NCBI GenBank assembly: GCA_965206845.1
Contig: OZ242221.1
Span: forward strand, 1,024,001-1,088,000
Direction of reading: 5' to 3'
Origin: Cenarchaeum sp.
GTDB taxonomy: Archaea > Thermoproteota > Nitrososphaeria > Nitrososphaerales > Nitrosopumilaceae
DNA length: 64,000 nucleotides
Notes under the pieces: model-generated
What the model was told of the DNA's origin: nothing
Seen by the model: only the letters and a program-made list of their open reading frames with translations
Databases searched by the model: none
Translations under genes and position numbers: made by a program
In this document: positions 49,605 to 58,813 of the stretch, one piece after another
Layout of the letters: the number at the start of each line of letters is the position of its first letter
Position numbering within the stretch: position 1 is the stretch's first letter

Positions 49605-50924
49605 ATGGGACACACCACGCTGCAGATCGGACTGGACGACACAGACTCTGTCCGGGGGATGTGTACCACGTTTCTTGCGTATGCTATGGTGGGCATGCTG
49701 AGGGACCAGGGGGCCCGGTTTCTTGACTATCCTCGCTTGGTCCGGCTCAATCCCAACATCCCCTGGAAGACCAGGGGAAATGGGGCCGTTGCGCTAAAGG
49801 TCAGGACCGATGATGCCCCCAGGCTCAAGGAGATGGCCCTGGATATGATGGAGAGTCACGCAGACACGGCAAACGGGGCAAATCCAGGCCTCGTCTTCCT
49901 CGAGGGGGACGACATGCCGGGGGAGATGAGCCGGTTTGGCAGCCTGGCCCTGTGGCGGCTGATAAGAAGGCAGGATGCCAGGAGGCTTGTCCGGCGGTGC
50001 GGCCTCGAGTCGCACCACCTGGGCAACGGCCAGGGGCTTGTGGGCGCCATCGCAGCCCTGGGGTACCGCTTTGGGGACAACACCATGGAGATGCTAAGCT
50101 ACAGGAGGGGCGACAGGTTTGGAACTAGGCGCGACATATCCGCCCCCAGCGTCAGGCGGATGCAGGAGGAGGTGCCGTCCACCTTTGGCAGCTATGATGT
50201 CCGCCGGGACAGGGTTCTGATCACGCCGGGCGGGCCTGACCCCGTATTCTACGGAATCCGCGGCGAGGATCCAAAGTCCCTGCTGCGCGCATCGGAGATG
50301 ATCAAGGCAGGCGAGCCGCTGGCAGGATACCTTCTCTTCCGATCAAACCAGGGCACCGGGGATCACCTGCAGAACCGCCTTGATGCCCGTGACCTGAGGC
50401 CGTATGACTCGGGTGTCATATCGGGCACGGTGGCGGCAAAGCCCGTGACTGGCCGCGGCGGCAACGTGTTCCTTGATGTCGTCTCCGGCGGCAGGAACGT
50501 CTGCTGCGCGGTATACCGTGAGACCGGAATCGCCACAACGGCAGGGGAGCTGATTGCGGGGGACGGCATCCAGGTGGGCGGCGGCATCCGGCGGGCGGCG
50601 CCGGGCCGCCCCAGAACCCTGAATGTGGAGTTCATCAGGGTCCTGAGGCTGGCGCGGGGCACGGTCTGGACCAATCCGGCGTGCCCGCAGTGCAAAAAGA
50701 GGATGAAGTCAAGGGGGCAGAACCAGGGGTACCGGTGCCAGATATGCAAGATGCAGAGCCCTGTCAGGGTGTCCCGGCCGGTGCCACGGGACATCCGGCG
50801 GGACCTCTACATCCCGGCCGTGGGCGCCCACAGGCACCTGACAAGGCCGAGGCAGAGGCTGGGCCGGATCAACAACGCCGCGTTTGACGACGAGCTTCCG
50901 TGGTTTGTGGTGTATCGTAAATAG
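49605..50924 (+). CDS. tiaS: tRNA(Ile2) agmatinylcytidine synthase
   Basis: IGLDDTDS..GMCTT, PRLVRLNPNIPWKTRGNG, SNQGTGDH, HLTRP. Confidence 0.93.
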   Translation: MGHTTLQIGLDDTDSVRGMCTTFLAYAMVGMLRDQGARFLDYPRLVRLNPNIPWKTRGNGAVALKVRTDDAPRLKEMALDMMESHADTANGANPGLVFLEGDDMPGEMSRFGSLALWRLIRRQDARRLVRRCGLESHHLGNGQGLVGAIAALGYRFGDNTMEMLSYRRGDRFGTRRDISAPSVRRMQEEVPSTFGSYDVRRDRVLITPGGPDPVFYGIRGEDPKSLLRASEMIKAGEPLAGYLLFRSNQGTGDHLQNRLDARDLRPYDSGVISGTVAAKPVTGRGGNVFLDVVSGGRNVCCAVYRETGIATTAGELIAGDGIQVGGGIRRAAPGRPRTLNVEFIRVLRLARGTVWTNPACPQCKKRMKSRGQNQGYRCQICKMQSPVRVSRPVPRDIRRDLYIPAVGAHRHLTRPRQRLGRINNAAFDDELPWFVVYRK

Positions 50925-51028
50925 CGGGGAGTAGATTTGAACTACTGATTTGCGGGTATCTCATCACTGATTATGAGCCCGCCGGGATGACTTTGTCCCA
51001 GATTCAAGTCTGACTTCCCCACCCCGCT
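50922..51028 (-). tRNA. Initiator tRNA-Met(CAU) with 14-nt anticodon-loop intron and an enlarged D-loop (probable second intron)
   Basis: A1:U72 (AGCGGGG/CCCCGCT), GCGGG-CTCATA[ATCAGTGATGAGAT]A-CCCGC, TTCAAAT; 28-nt D-loop. Confidence 0.88.
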
Positions 51029-51724
51029 GATACACAAAACAAAAAGGCCGTATATACGCTTTATCCAACGAATGGCCCTGTCCAAAAGGGAGGAGTTAGG
51101 CCTCCAGCTCTGCCGGCCCGGCTGCCACCGGAACCGTCAAAGCCGGAGACCCAGCTTCTCCTTTCTGTACAGGGCCGCCAGCATCACGTACAATATAGAT
51201 CTGTCCGTATTGTCCAAATATTGTCTAAGCCGATACGCCTGGGATGGTTTGGTTTGGGAATTATATAGTTAAGTGAACTGCCGGCGCCGCCACACGGCCG
51301 TGGCCTCCCGTCCCGGCCGATCATGCGGTTCGGCAGACCGGTCTTCCCGGTTCCAGACCGGCCGGCGGCTGTCCGGGTTTTTTGACGCCGACCTGCATCC
51401 CGGGGCAGGCAGGAGCCCCGGAAAGCTACGGCTTTGTTGCGCCTTTCATATAGGCAAATGCCGGATCCATACTTGGGATGCAGTCTCAGACCGATCCGGC
51501 ATTGTAAGACGAGAATTGCATTCAAAAGCGGCCAAAACCCGTCCTTTTCGGGCTTTTTGTTCCGAGAGCCGTTCATGCGCGATGCCGGCCCGGCGCCAGT
51601 GAAGGCCTGAAACGCGCCGGCAGGCGCAGCGGAAATGACGGACGTGACAGTGCGGACGGTCCGCACGGCCGGAGCGGCACCGCCATATCTCCTTTTTATA
51701 TTCGGCAGGTATTTGCATGCGGTA

Positions 51725-53413
51725 ATGAAACCCATCATGGCAACCGCAATTGCGACAACGGTAGCGGCAACAGCAACGGCAACCGAGCCGGCACCAAAAA
51801 AGTGGTCAAAGCGCTCAATAGATGGCACCATGATGCGCACCATAAAGGTGGACTTTGATCAGTCGGCCGAGATGTCGGATCTCATATCGCGCCACATGGA
51901 CCAGCAGAGGTGGGCGTTCAACATGGCCGTCAAGGAGAAGCTGAAAGACCCCAGGACGACAAAGTTTGACCTCAACAACATGCTCACAGGATGGAGAAAC
52001 GGAAAGAAGTGGATGAATGGCGGCTTCCTTGCGCAGAGGGCCGGCCTCCTGCTGGGCTTGGACGCGGTAAAGAAGTTTATGGACTCCAACGGCAAAAAGC
52101 GCCGCAACAAGTCATTATGGAAATACCTGGCCAGGCGCCACAGGGAAAGGGAGGGCATCAATGACATCGACATCAACACAGCGCCCAACCTGCCGTCCAA
52201 CAGGTGGAGCAACAAGAGGAACAAATGGACCCACACCAATGACCTGTTCAAGAGGAAGGGGGAGCAGCTGTCCCTCTCGGTGTTCGCGAAGCCGGTGCAT
52301 AAGGGCAACAACATGGTGATGCTCCCCGACATAGGCACCGTAAAAGTGCACGGCGACGTGGAGGGGCTCGACATGCGATCCTTTCAGCTGGTGGAGACGA
52401 CGAAGAGGACCACGAAGCGCACCGAAAGCCACAACAGGACGTACAGACTCCACATCCAGATCAGGACAAAGGCGCCGGAGCCCGCGGAATCCGACACCAT
52501 ACGCGGCATCGACATGGGAATCGTCCACGGCGCCGCCACCGTCGACCTAGATACCGGCCGCCACGCGTTTCATGACCTCCCAAAGGACTGCAGGAGGGCC
52601 AAGGACGACGACCTGTCCAGGATGTACTCCGAGCTCTCACGGAAGCGCGGCGGGAGGGGCAACCGCAGGATCAGGCAGGACACCAAGGAGGGCGCGGACT
52701 GCGGGAACGGAGCCAACGATAAAGATAACGGTAACGGCGGCGGCAACACGAGCGGCAGCATCGGCAATAACAACACGCACGGCCACAAAAAAAACAAGCC
52801 GAGGAAACCAAAGTCAAGAAGCTACAAGGAACTCCAAAGGAAGATCAGGAAAAAGAGGGAAAAGCTTGCCAACCGCCAGACGAACTGGGAAAGGCACGCG
52901 TCAAAGAAGATAGCCGATGGCGCTGGCACAGTGGTCATGGAGGACTTGGACCTCGTGAACATGACTGCAAGGGCCAAGGGAAAGGGCAGCTCCGCCAAGA
53001 CCGGGCTCAACCGCGAGATGGCCTATTCCCGGCCCGGCACGTTCCAGCGCCAGATCGGGCAGGCGTGCGCGAACGCCGGGGTGACCGTCATAATGGTGGA
53101 TCCCAAGGGCACGAGCATCACATGCCACCAGTGCGGCCGCGAGGACGGGAACTCCCGCGTGTCGCAGGGCAGATTCAAATGCGCCAATGACAACTGTTAC
53201 AATGACGTCAACGCGGACATCAATGCCGCGTATAATATTGCCTCCAAGGCGAAAGCCGTGGCGGCAGGGCGGCGGGGATCGTCGTCTGAAGGCGCGAGAA
53301 GCCAGCGCGGGATTGCTCCCGCGCGTTCCGCAAACAGCACGCGAGAGCCAAGCGTGGGAGGCAATGCAAGAGCGCCAGCAAAAGACATGGGTGCTGTACA
53401 CTCATGTATATAA
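51725..53413 (+). CDS. tnpB: Large TnpB-like RNA-guided endonuclease (copy 3)
   Basis: RGIDMG / MEDL / CHQC..C...C / NADINAAYNI; TTTTTATA 24 nt upstream; stop in TIR. Confidence 0.9.
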   Translation: MKPIMATAIATTVAATATATEPAPKKWSKRSIDGTMMRTIKVDFDQSAEMSDLISRHMDQQRWAFNMAVKEKLKDPRTTKFDLNNMLTGWRNGKKWMNGGFLAQRAGLLLGLDAVKKFMDSNGKKRRNKSLWKYLARRHREREGINDIDINTAPNLPSNRWSNKRNKWTHTNDLFKRKGEQLSLSVFAKPVHKGNNMVMLPDIGTVKVHGDVEGLDMRSFQLVETTKRTTKRTESHNRTYRLHIQIRTKAPEPAESDTIRGIDMGIVHGAATVDLDTGRHAFHDLPKDCRRAKDDDLSRMYSELSRKRGGRGNRRIRQDTKEGADCGNGANDKDNGNGGGNTSGSIGNNNTHGHKKNKPRKPKSRSYKELQRKIRKKREKLANRQTNWERHASKKIADGAGTVVMEDLDLVNMTARAKGKGSSAKTGLNREMAYSRPGTFQRQIGQACANAGVTVIMVDPKGTSITCHQCGREDGNSRVSQGRFKCANDNCYNDVNADINAAYNIASKAKAVAAGRRGSSSEGARSQRGIAPARSANSTREPSVGGNARAPAKDMGAVHSCI

Positions 53414-53418
53414 TTCCC
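53258..53418 (+). ncRNA. Candidate omegaRNA scaffold (copy 3 right end)
   Basis: Near-identical to copy 2 tail; terminal hairpin ACATGGGTG-CTGTA-CACTCATGT; 5' boundary approximate. Confidence 0.6.
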
Positions 53419-53616
53419 TAGCAAAACGGGTCAAGTCCGAGGGCAGAGCGCCGTGGCGCATCCCACCGGCCATTCCTTTGGGTCGTGCAGTGCAGCAGGA
53501 TTCGCATGATGTGGCTCTGTCCGCTGCTGCCGTCCTTCCGGGATGTCCCTGCGGTTCTGTGGGGCGTCTGGTGAGGGTGCGCGCGCCAGACCGCCTGCAT
53601 GTCATGCCGGAATGGC

Positions 53617-55140
53617 CTACTGCGGCTCGATGGTGGCAGGCGGCTTGCTTGAGATCGTGTATGTCACCCAGGTCACGTCCTCGATCTCGTTGGTGATCCT
53701 GTTGCTGATCCTCTCAAGGGTCTCATGGGAGAGCCGCGTCCAGTCGGCGGTCATGGCGTCGACCGAGTTGACTACCCGGACCATCACTATGCTTCCGTAC
53801 CTCCTCTCGTCGCCGACCACCCCCACCGCCCTGTCGTCTCCCACGGCGGCGTACGCCTGCCACACGTCATCATAGACGCCTGCCTCCAGGAGCACATCCT
53901 CCACTATCCTGCTGGCGGTCCTTGCCACCCGGAGCTTTGCCGGGGTCACCTCCCCGATGATCCGCACCGCCAGGCCGGGGCCGGGGAACGGGTGCCTCCT
54001 GACTATCCTGTCAGGCACGCCCAGGATCCTTGCAACCTCCCTCACCTCGTCCTTGTAGAGGTTCCTCAGCGGCTCCAGCACCTTAAGATCCAGCCAGTCG
54101 GGCAGCCCGCCCACGTTGTGGTGCGATTTTATCACCGCCGCGGGGCCCTTTGACACCCCGCTCTCGATCACGTCCGGGTACAGCGTTCCCTGGGCCAGCC
54201 AGGAGAACGGCCCGTTCCTCTCTGCAAACTCCGAGAAGACTCTGACAAACTCCTCTCCCACCGCCTTACGCTTGGCCTCGGGGTCTGCAACCCCCCTCAG
54301 TCCCTCGAGAAACCTCTCGGCGGCGGAGACCGCCGTAAAGTTCACGTGAAAGTTATCCCGGAAGATCGCCTCGATCTCGTCCCCCTCGTCCTGCCGGAGC
54401 AGCCCGTTGTCGATGAAGACCCCATGCAGTCGATCCCCGATCGCCCTGTGAATCAGCAGCGCGGCGACAGTCGAGTCTATCCCGCCGCTTACCCCGCACA
54501 GGACGCGGCCCTGGATCCCCGATATCTCGCCCACCGCGCGATCCACAAACGCCTCCATGGTCCAGTCCTGCCGGGCCCCGCATATCTTCAACACAAAATT
54601 CTTCAGGATCTCCGTGCCCTTCTGTGTGTGGACCACCTCCGGATGGAACTGTATCCCATAGACTGGCCTGTCGGTGCCTGCGATTGCGGCGGCCCTTGCG
54701 TTGCTTGTGTGGCCTATGATCTGAAATCCCGGGGGGATCTGCTCGGCCTCGTCGCCGTGGCTCATCCATGCCCGGACAGACCGGCCGATGCCGCCCAGCA
54801 GGCTCCCGTCGTCATCCACCGTGAGCAGCGACGAGCCGTACTCCCGGTTTGCCCTCTTTACCCTGCCTCCAAACCTGTCCACTATGACCTGGTGCCCGTA
54901 GCATATTCCAAGGACCGGAAGCCCCAGGTCAAATATCCCTGCCGCGGGGACGGGCGCATCGGCGCTGTAGACGCTGGACGGGCCTCCCGAGAGTATTATC
55001 CCCCTGGGGTTGCGCCCCTCCAGCTCCCCTAGCGTGATGTCGTAGGGGACCAGCTCAGCATACACCGAGAATTCCCGGATCCTTCTGCATATGAGGTGGC
55101 TGTACTGCGAGCCAAAGTCCAGGACCACTATTCTGTCCAT
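53617..55140 (-). CDS. guaA: GMP synthase (glutamine-hydrolysing, fused)
   Basis: LDFGSQY, GICYG, QFHPEV, SGGIDS, IKSHHNVGG, KPPATIE. Confidence 0.96.
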   Translation of the reverse strand: MDRIVVLDFGSQYSHLICRRIREFSVYAELVPYDITLGELEGRNPRGIILSGGPSSVYSADAPVPAAGIFDLGLPVLGICYGHQVIVDRFGGRVKRANREYGSSLLTVDDDGSLLGGIGRSVRAWMSHGDEAEQIPPGFQIIGHTSNARAAAIAGTDRPVYGIQFHPEVVHTQKGTEILKNFVLKICGARQDWTMEAFVDRAVGEISGIQGRVLCGVSGGIDSTVAALLIHRAIGDRLHGVFIDNGLLRQDEGDEIEAIFRDNFHVNFTAVSAAERFLEGLRGVADPEAKRKAVGEEFVRVFSEFAERNGPFSWLAQGTLYPDVIESGVSKGPAAVIKSHHNVGGLPDWLDLKVLEPLRNLYKDEVREVARILGVPDRIVRRHPFPGPGLAVRIIGEVTPAKLRVARTASRIVEDVLLEAGVYDDVWQAYAAVGDDRAVGVVGDERRYGSIVMVRVVNSVDAMTADWTRLSHETLERISNRITNEIEDVTWVTYTISSKPPATIEPQ

Positions 55141-55144
55141 GCGA

Positions 55145-55735
55145 TCACTCGATCTTTTCCAGCATGCGCGAGAGTGTCCAGCCGATGGAGCTCCTGATCT
55201 CCTTGGCCCGGTCCTTGGTGCGGTAGTTTCTGACTATGATCCGGCGGAGCTCGCCGCCGTCCTGCTCAAGCAGGCACTCGATCGCCGCGCCCTCCGCGGC
55301 CTGCTCGTCCTTTCTCTTCATGTCGCCTATGATCCTGTCCAGGAAGAATGTCTTCAGGGGCGGGATGTCGGCCTTGAGGCCCAGTCCGCCCTCCAAGGTG
55401 ATGGCTATCTCGTCTGCTGCGGTGTCAAATCTGGCAAGCCTCTTGCCGCCCCGATCTCTTCTGATGAACTCCCGGTCCGACCCGGGCGCCGGTTCCTTTG
55501 GCGGCCGCGTCCCGGCAGTGTCAGAGCCCCCCGGGGCCGGATCCGGCCCGGCTGGCGTGGGCGCCGGCACCTTTAGCGATGATGCTCTGGTGTAGCTGGA
55601 ACTCTTCAGGATCAGATCCAGAACGTGGATGTGTCTTCTGGCATACTCAAGCCTCTCCTCGAGCTTCTCGGCCTCCAGCGTGATGCGCTCCCGAAGCTCC
55701 AGCACGTCCTTCATCTCCTCATCGGGATACTGCAT
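55145..55735 (-). CDS. Hypothetical protein (coiled-coil N-terminus)
   Basis: 196-aa ORF directly upstream of guaA with TATA upstream. Confidence 0.7.
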   Translation of the reverse strand: MQYPDEEMKDVLELRERITLEAEKLEERLEYARRHIHVLDLILKSSSYTRASSLKVPAPTPAGPDPAPGGSDTAGTRPPKEPAPGSDREFIRRDRGGKRLARFDTAADEIAITLEGGLGLKADIPPLKTFFLDRIIGDMKRKDEQAAEGAAIECLLEQDGGELRRIIVRNYRTKDRAKEIRSSIGWTLSRMLEKIE

Positions 55736-55767
55736 GGTGTTACTGTATGTAATTCCCTATTAAAACG

Positions 55768-56496
55768 CTAAAGGACGCTCCGGATCTCCCCGTAGCCGAT
55801 CTTCCTGATTCCCGGCAGGGCCCTTGACGTGGTGCAGATCTCGGCTCTGGACTGCGACGCAAGCCACACCAGAAGATCCTGCGCCGTTCGCATCTTTCTC
55901 AGCTTGACTGGCCTGTCGCGCCTGCGGGTGAACGAGTACCGGCCGATCCTGTCCCCAAAGTCCATGCCCAGCAGGATGATCCTCCTTGCCCCAAAGTGCT
56001 CCGCAAGAAACACGGCCCTGTCCCCGTCGGTAAACCCGCCAAAGTTGTGTATCTTGCCTTGCTCTGTTGCCTGGGTGGTCCCGATACACCTTGTTAGGTT
56101 CTTGACAAAACCCAGCCTGTCGATGTTGTCGCCGTGGGCGTGGACCACGAATATGGTGTCCCTGTCTGCCACCCTCAGGGCCTCCAGGTCACCGTCAAGG
56201 TCAGTCACCACCACGTCTGCCCCGATGCCGTTGCCCGTCAGGGCGGCCAGCACCCCGTCGGCCGCAATCCTGGGGATGTCCAGGAACTCCTTCAGGGGCG
56301 CCATGGCACGGTGCAGTGACGGGCCGGCCCCTACCACAAACACTACCCTGTCCTCTATTGCGTCTGCCAGCAGCCGTACCGGCGTGTGTGTCCCGATGGC
56401 CGCATCAAGTACGCGCGCCGCCCTGACGTCCTGTCCCTCATCATACCCGAACTCCCTTAGGATCTTCAGATACTTGCTGCGCCAACCCGGTACCAT
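55768..56496 (-). CDS. mptE: 6-hydroxymethyl-7,8-dihydropterin pyrophosphokinase (MptE family)
   Basis: GAGPSL, VTDLDG, HAHGDN, NFGGFTDGDRA. Confidence 0.88.
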   Translation of the reverse strand: MVPGWRSKYLKILREFGYDEGQDVRAARVLDAAIGTHTPVRLLADAIEDRVVFVVGAGPSLHRAMAPLKEFLDIPRIAADGVLAALTGNGIGADVVVTDLDGDLEALRVADRDTIFVVHAHGDNIDRLGFVKNLTRCIGTTQATEQGKIHNFGGFTDGDRAVFLAEHFGARRIILLGMDFGDRIGRYSFTRRRDRPVKLRKMRTAQDLLVWLASQSRAEICTTSRALPGIRKIGYGEIRSVL

Positions 56497-56530
56497 ACAA
56501 CTCAAATTGGTTTACCTTCCCATAAACTGT

Positions 56531-57379
56531 ATGCACACCCTGGGTGGAGTGCGAATCGGCGGCACCGCGCCGGTGCGCATAATGGGCATCCTCAATGTCA
56601 GCCCCGAGTCGTTCATGAAGAGCTCCGTGAGCTCCGCGGCCGGATCGATTGCCGCAGCGGCGGTGCGCATGGAGGATGAGGGGGCCGACTTCATCGATGT
56701 CGGCGGCATGTCGACTGCGCCATGCGCCGGGATCGCGATATCCCAGGACGAGGAGGTACGCAGGGTGACGCAGGCCATCAGGACAGTCCAGGACGTCTCC
56801 TCACTTCCAATATCCGTGGACACGCCGAGATCCGCGGTGGCAGAGGAGGCCCTGGATGCGGGAGCCGTGATCCTCAACGACATCACGGGCCTGCAGTACG
56901 ACTGGGGCATGGCAGACGTGATAGAGAGATACCTGCCCTCGCTCATCCTGTGCGCCCACAGCCCTCTGCCGCTGCGGGGGAACCCGGTGTCCCATGCGCG
57001 GCTCCTCCTGCGGGGCAGCGTGGATGCGGCAGAGGAGGCGGGCGCGGATCCGCGCACCATATCCGTGGATCCTGCCATCGGGTTCTTCCGCAGGCGGCGC
57101 GGGAGGTTCTTTACCCGGACCGATCTGGACTGGGTGCGCAGGGACATCCTTGTGCTTCAGAACCTGCAGGGGATCAAGCAGGATCTTCCCGTCACGGTGT
57201 CGGTCTCAAACAAGTCGTTCATAGGCAGGCTGATGGGGGCGCCGGATCCCGCAGACCGCCTCCCGGGATCCCTGGCGTTTGAGGCGATGTCGGTTCTGAT
57301 GGGCGCCGACGTGGTGCGGACCCACAATGTTGCCCAGACCCGGGAGGCGGTGCGCACCGCAGAGCGGATGCGCCGCTAG
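56531..57379 (+). CDS. folP: Dihydropteroate synthase
   Basis: IMGILNVSPESF, DVGGMST, SVDT, DPAIGF, SNKSFIG, RTHNV. Confidence 0.92.
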   Translation: MHTLGGVRIGGTAPVRIMGILNVSPESFMKSSVSSAAGSIAAAAVRMEDEGADFIDVGGMSTAPCAGIAISQDEEVRRVTQAIRTVQDVSSLPISVDTPRSAVAEEALDAGAVILNDITGLQYDWGMADVIERYLPSLILCAHSPLPLRGNPVSHARLLLRGSVDAAEEAGADPRTISVDPAIGFFRRRRGRFFTRTDLDWVRRDILVLQNLQGIKQDLPVTVSVSNKSFIGRLMGAPDPADRLPGSLAFEAMSVLMGADVVRTHNVAQTREAVRTAERMRR

Positions 57380-57469
57380 GAGCGCGCCCTGCGGGGGAGG
57401 CACCCGCGCCCCGGCGAGTGCGCCGGGACTGGCCGGGGAGCCCCAGCACGCCGGATCCCTGCAGCACAC

Positions 57470-58312
57470 TCAGATCGCAAACCTGCACACCTCGATCCAT
57501 CCGCTCTCCCTTGTCTTGAAGATCGCATTGCCTGATGTCCTGTCCTTCTCCATCCTCATCATGTCGTAGTGCTGCACAAGCGCGCCGCCGAGACTCTCTA
57601 CGCGCGCCGTTATCTCCCTGACGTCATACCTGGTGATGTAGATTAGGCCGGAATCGGCGGCAATCAGGTCAAACGGATACTGTGCTATGTGGTTCCTCTC
57701 CTTTGCGATCGCCTCCGACGGAACCAGGTACTCCATGATGACCTGGTTTGTGTTGGTTCCGGTTCTGAACCTGCCGATCACGTCCCAGAGAATGTAAGGT
57801 GGCAGGTAGTAGGATATTCCCTCAAATATGACAGTCGAGGGCTCGTCGGGGCGCCATCCCTGCTCGACTAGACCCGGTATGATCGTATCCGTACTGTACA
57901 TGTTTGTCGTGATGCACCGGATATGATCCGCGATGGAGGGATCCATGGATCGCATCAGGCTGCTCTTCTCGTCCATGTTCTTGATGTCGATCTCAAAAAC
58001 CCTGCACCGGCCCTGTCGCGCATGTATCTCCAGCGAGAGCGCGTCAAACCCGGCTCCGAATATCACGACCTGCTCGATCCCGCCCTCCGCCGCGGCCAGG
58101 CGCTCCAGTCCGAGTATGCACGACTTTCTGTTCTTTACGATCTGGTCGTAGTGTGTCCAGTATCTGGCAAGCTTTACGTGGAGCCACCTGCCCGAGTCCA
58201 GGTTCAGCATGCCAAGAAACCTCCTTGCAAGGGGACTTGTGTGCACCCGGCCTTCTGCCAGCAGGATTACCGCCGCGGAGGTGGATGAGATGTTCTCTGC
58301 CTTCAACTGCAA
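57470..58312 (-). CDS. Class I SAM-dependent methyltransferase (leucine-carboxyl-methyltransferase-like)
   Basis: QVVIFGAGFDAL, FEID, IFEGISYYL; start uncertain (TTG). Confidence 0.75.
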   Translation of the reverse strand: MQLKAENISSTSAAVILLAEGRVHTSPLARRFLGMLNLDSGRWLHVKLARYWTHYDQIVKNRKSCILGLERLAAAEGGIEQVVIFGAGFDALSLEIHARQGRCRVFEIDIKNMDEKSSLMRSMDPSIADHIRCITTNMYSTDTIIPGLVEQGWRPDEPSTVIFEGISYYLPPYILWDVIGRFRTGTNTNQVIMEYLVPSEAIAKERNHIAQYPFDLIAADSGLIYITRYDVREITARVESLGGALVQHYDMMRMEKDRTSGNAIFKTRESGWIEVCRFAI

Positions 58313-58591
58313 CCAGTTGTTGCTGGTATCTACGGCTCTTTCTAGTTTGCCATGCGATCCGGCGGCCCTGCCACGATCCGGCAGTGCAGGGGCGGATCCC
58401 TTCGCATCCGGCGGATGCCGATCCCAGGCTACTGGGGGGCTCCTGTCCCTGCAGGGGATCGCGCCTCCCCCCATCAGGGGGCGGAGGATCGTGCGTCTCA
58501 GGTGGCTGCTGCGCCCGGTCCGGTGTGGCAGGAGGCCTCGAGTCCCGCATCCATCCCACAATTTAAATAATAAATTGCATTGGTGCATATC

Positions 58592-58807
58592 ATGTTACAG
58601 CCAAGAGGGGCGACCGTATCAAAGTTCTCCGTTCCCGTGCCTGCAATCCTGGTGCTGGCGATAGTCTTTGTTGTCGGCCTGTTTCTTGTGGGGTTCGATC
58701 AGGGCCACGCACTCAGCATAATTCAGGGCCCTGACGCCTTTGAAGAGAACTTACTGCACGAACTGTTCCACGACACGCGACACGCTGCAGGTTTCCCCTG
58801 TCACTAG
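58592..58807 (+). CDS. cbtB: Cobalt transporter subunit CbtB
   Basis: TM helix plus HELFHDTRHAAGFPCH. Confidence 0.9.
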   Translation: MLQPRGATVSKFSVPVPAILVLAIVFVVGLFLVGFDQGHALSIIQGPDAFEENLLHELFHDTRHAAGFPCH

Positions 58808-58813
58808 CAGACC

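Larger units (their letters stand above)
51256..53418 (+). mobile_element. TIR-bounded TnpB-only element, copy 3
   Basis: Left GGGAATTATATAGTTAAGTGAAC, right GTACACTCATGTATATAATTCCC; no TSD (TTTGGTTT vs TAGCAAAA). Confidence 0.88.

Noticed and set aside
50922-51028. tRNA-Ile2(CAU) as substrate gene next to tiaS
   Set aside because: A1:U72 pair and consecutive G-C anticodon-stem pairs identify it as initiator Met
25606-53418. CRISPR array / Cas12f locus interpretation of the TnpB-like genes
   Set aside because: No regularly spaced repeat-spacer array or cas1/cas2/cas4 seen near any copy
55744-55757. TGTATGTAATTCCC, 13/14 match to the TnpB-element right TIR
   Set aside because: Sits in a 32-bp gap between co-oriented genes, between a TATA box and start codon, with no partner end or scaffold; probably chance
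55829-56530. 516-aa N-terminally extended FolP ORF
   Set aside because: Extension is the antisense shadow of mptE; real start at 56531
58330-58591. Cobalamin riboswitch upstream of cbtBA
   Set aside because: No B12-box recognised; TATA lies ~24 nt before the cbtB ATG, implying a leaderless mRNA
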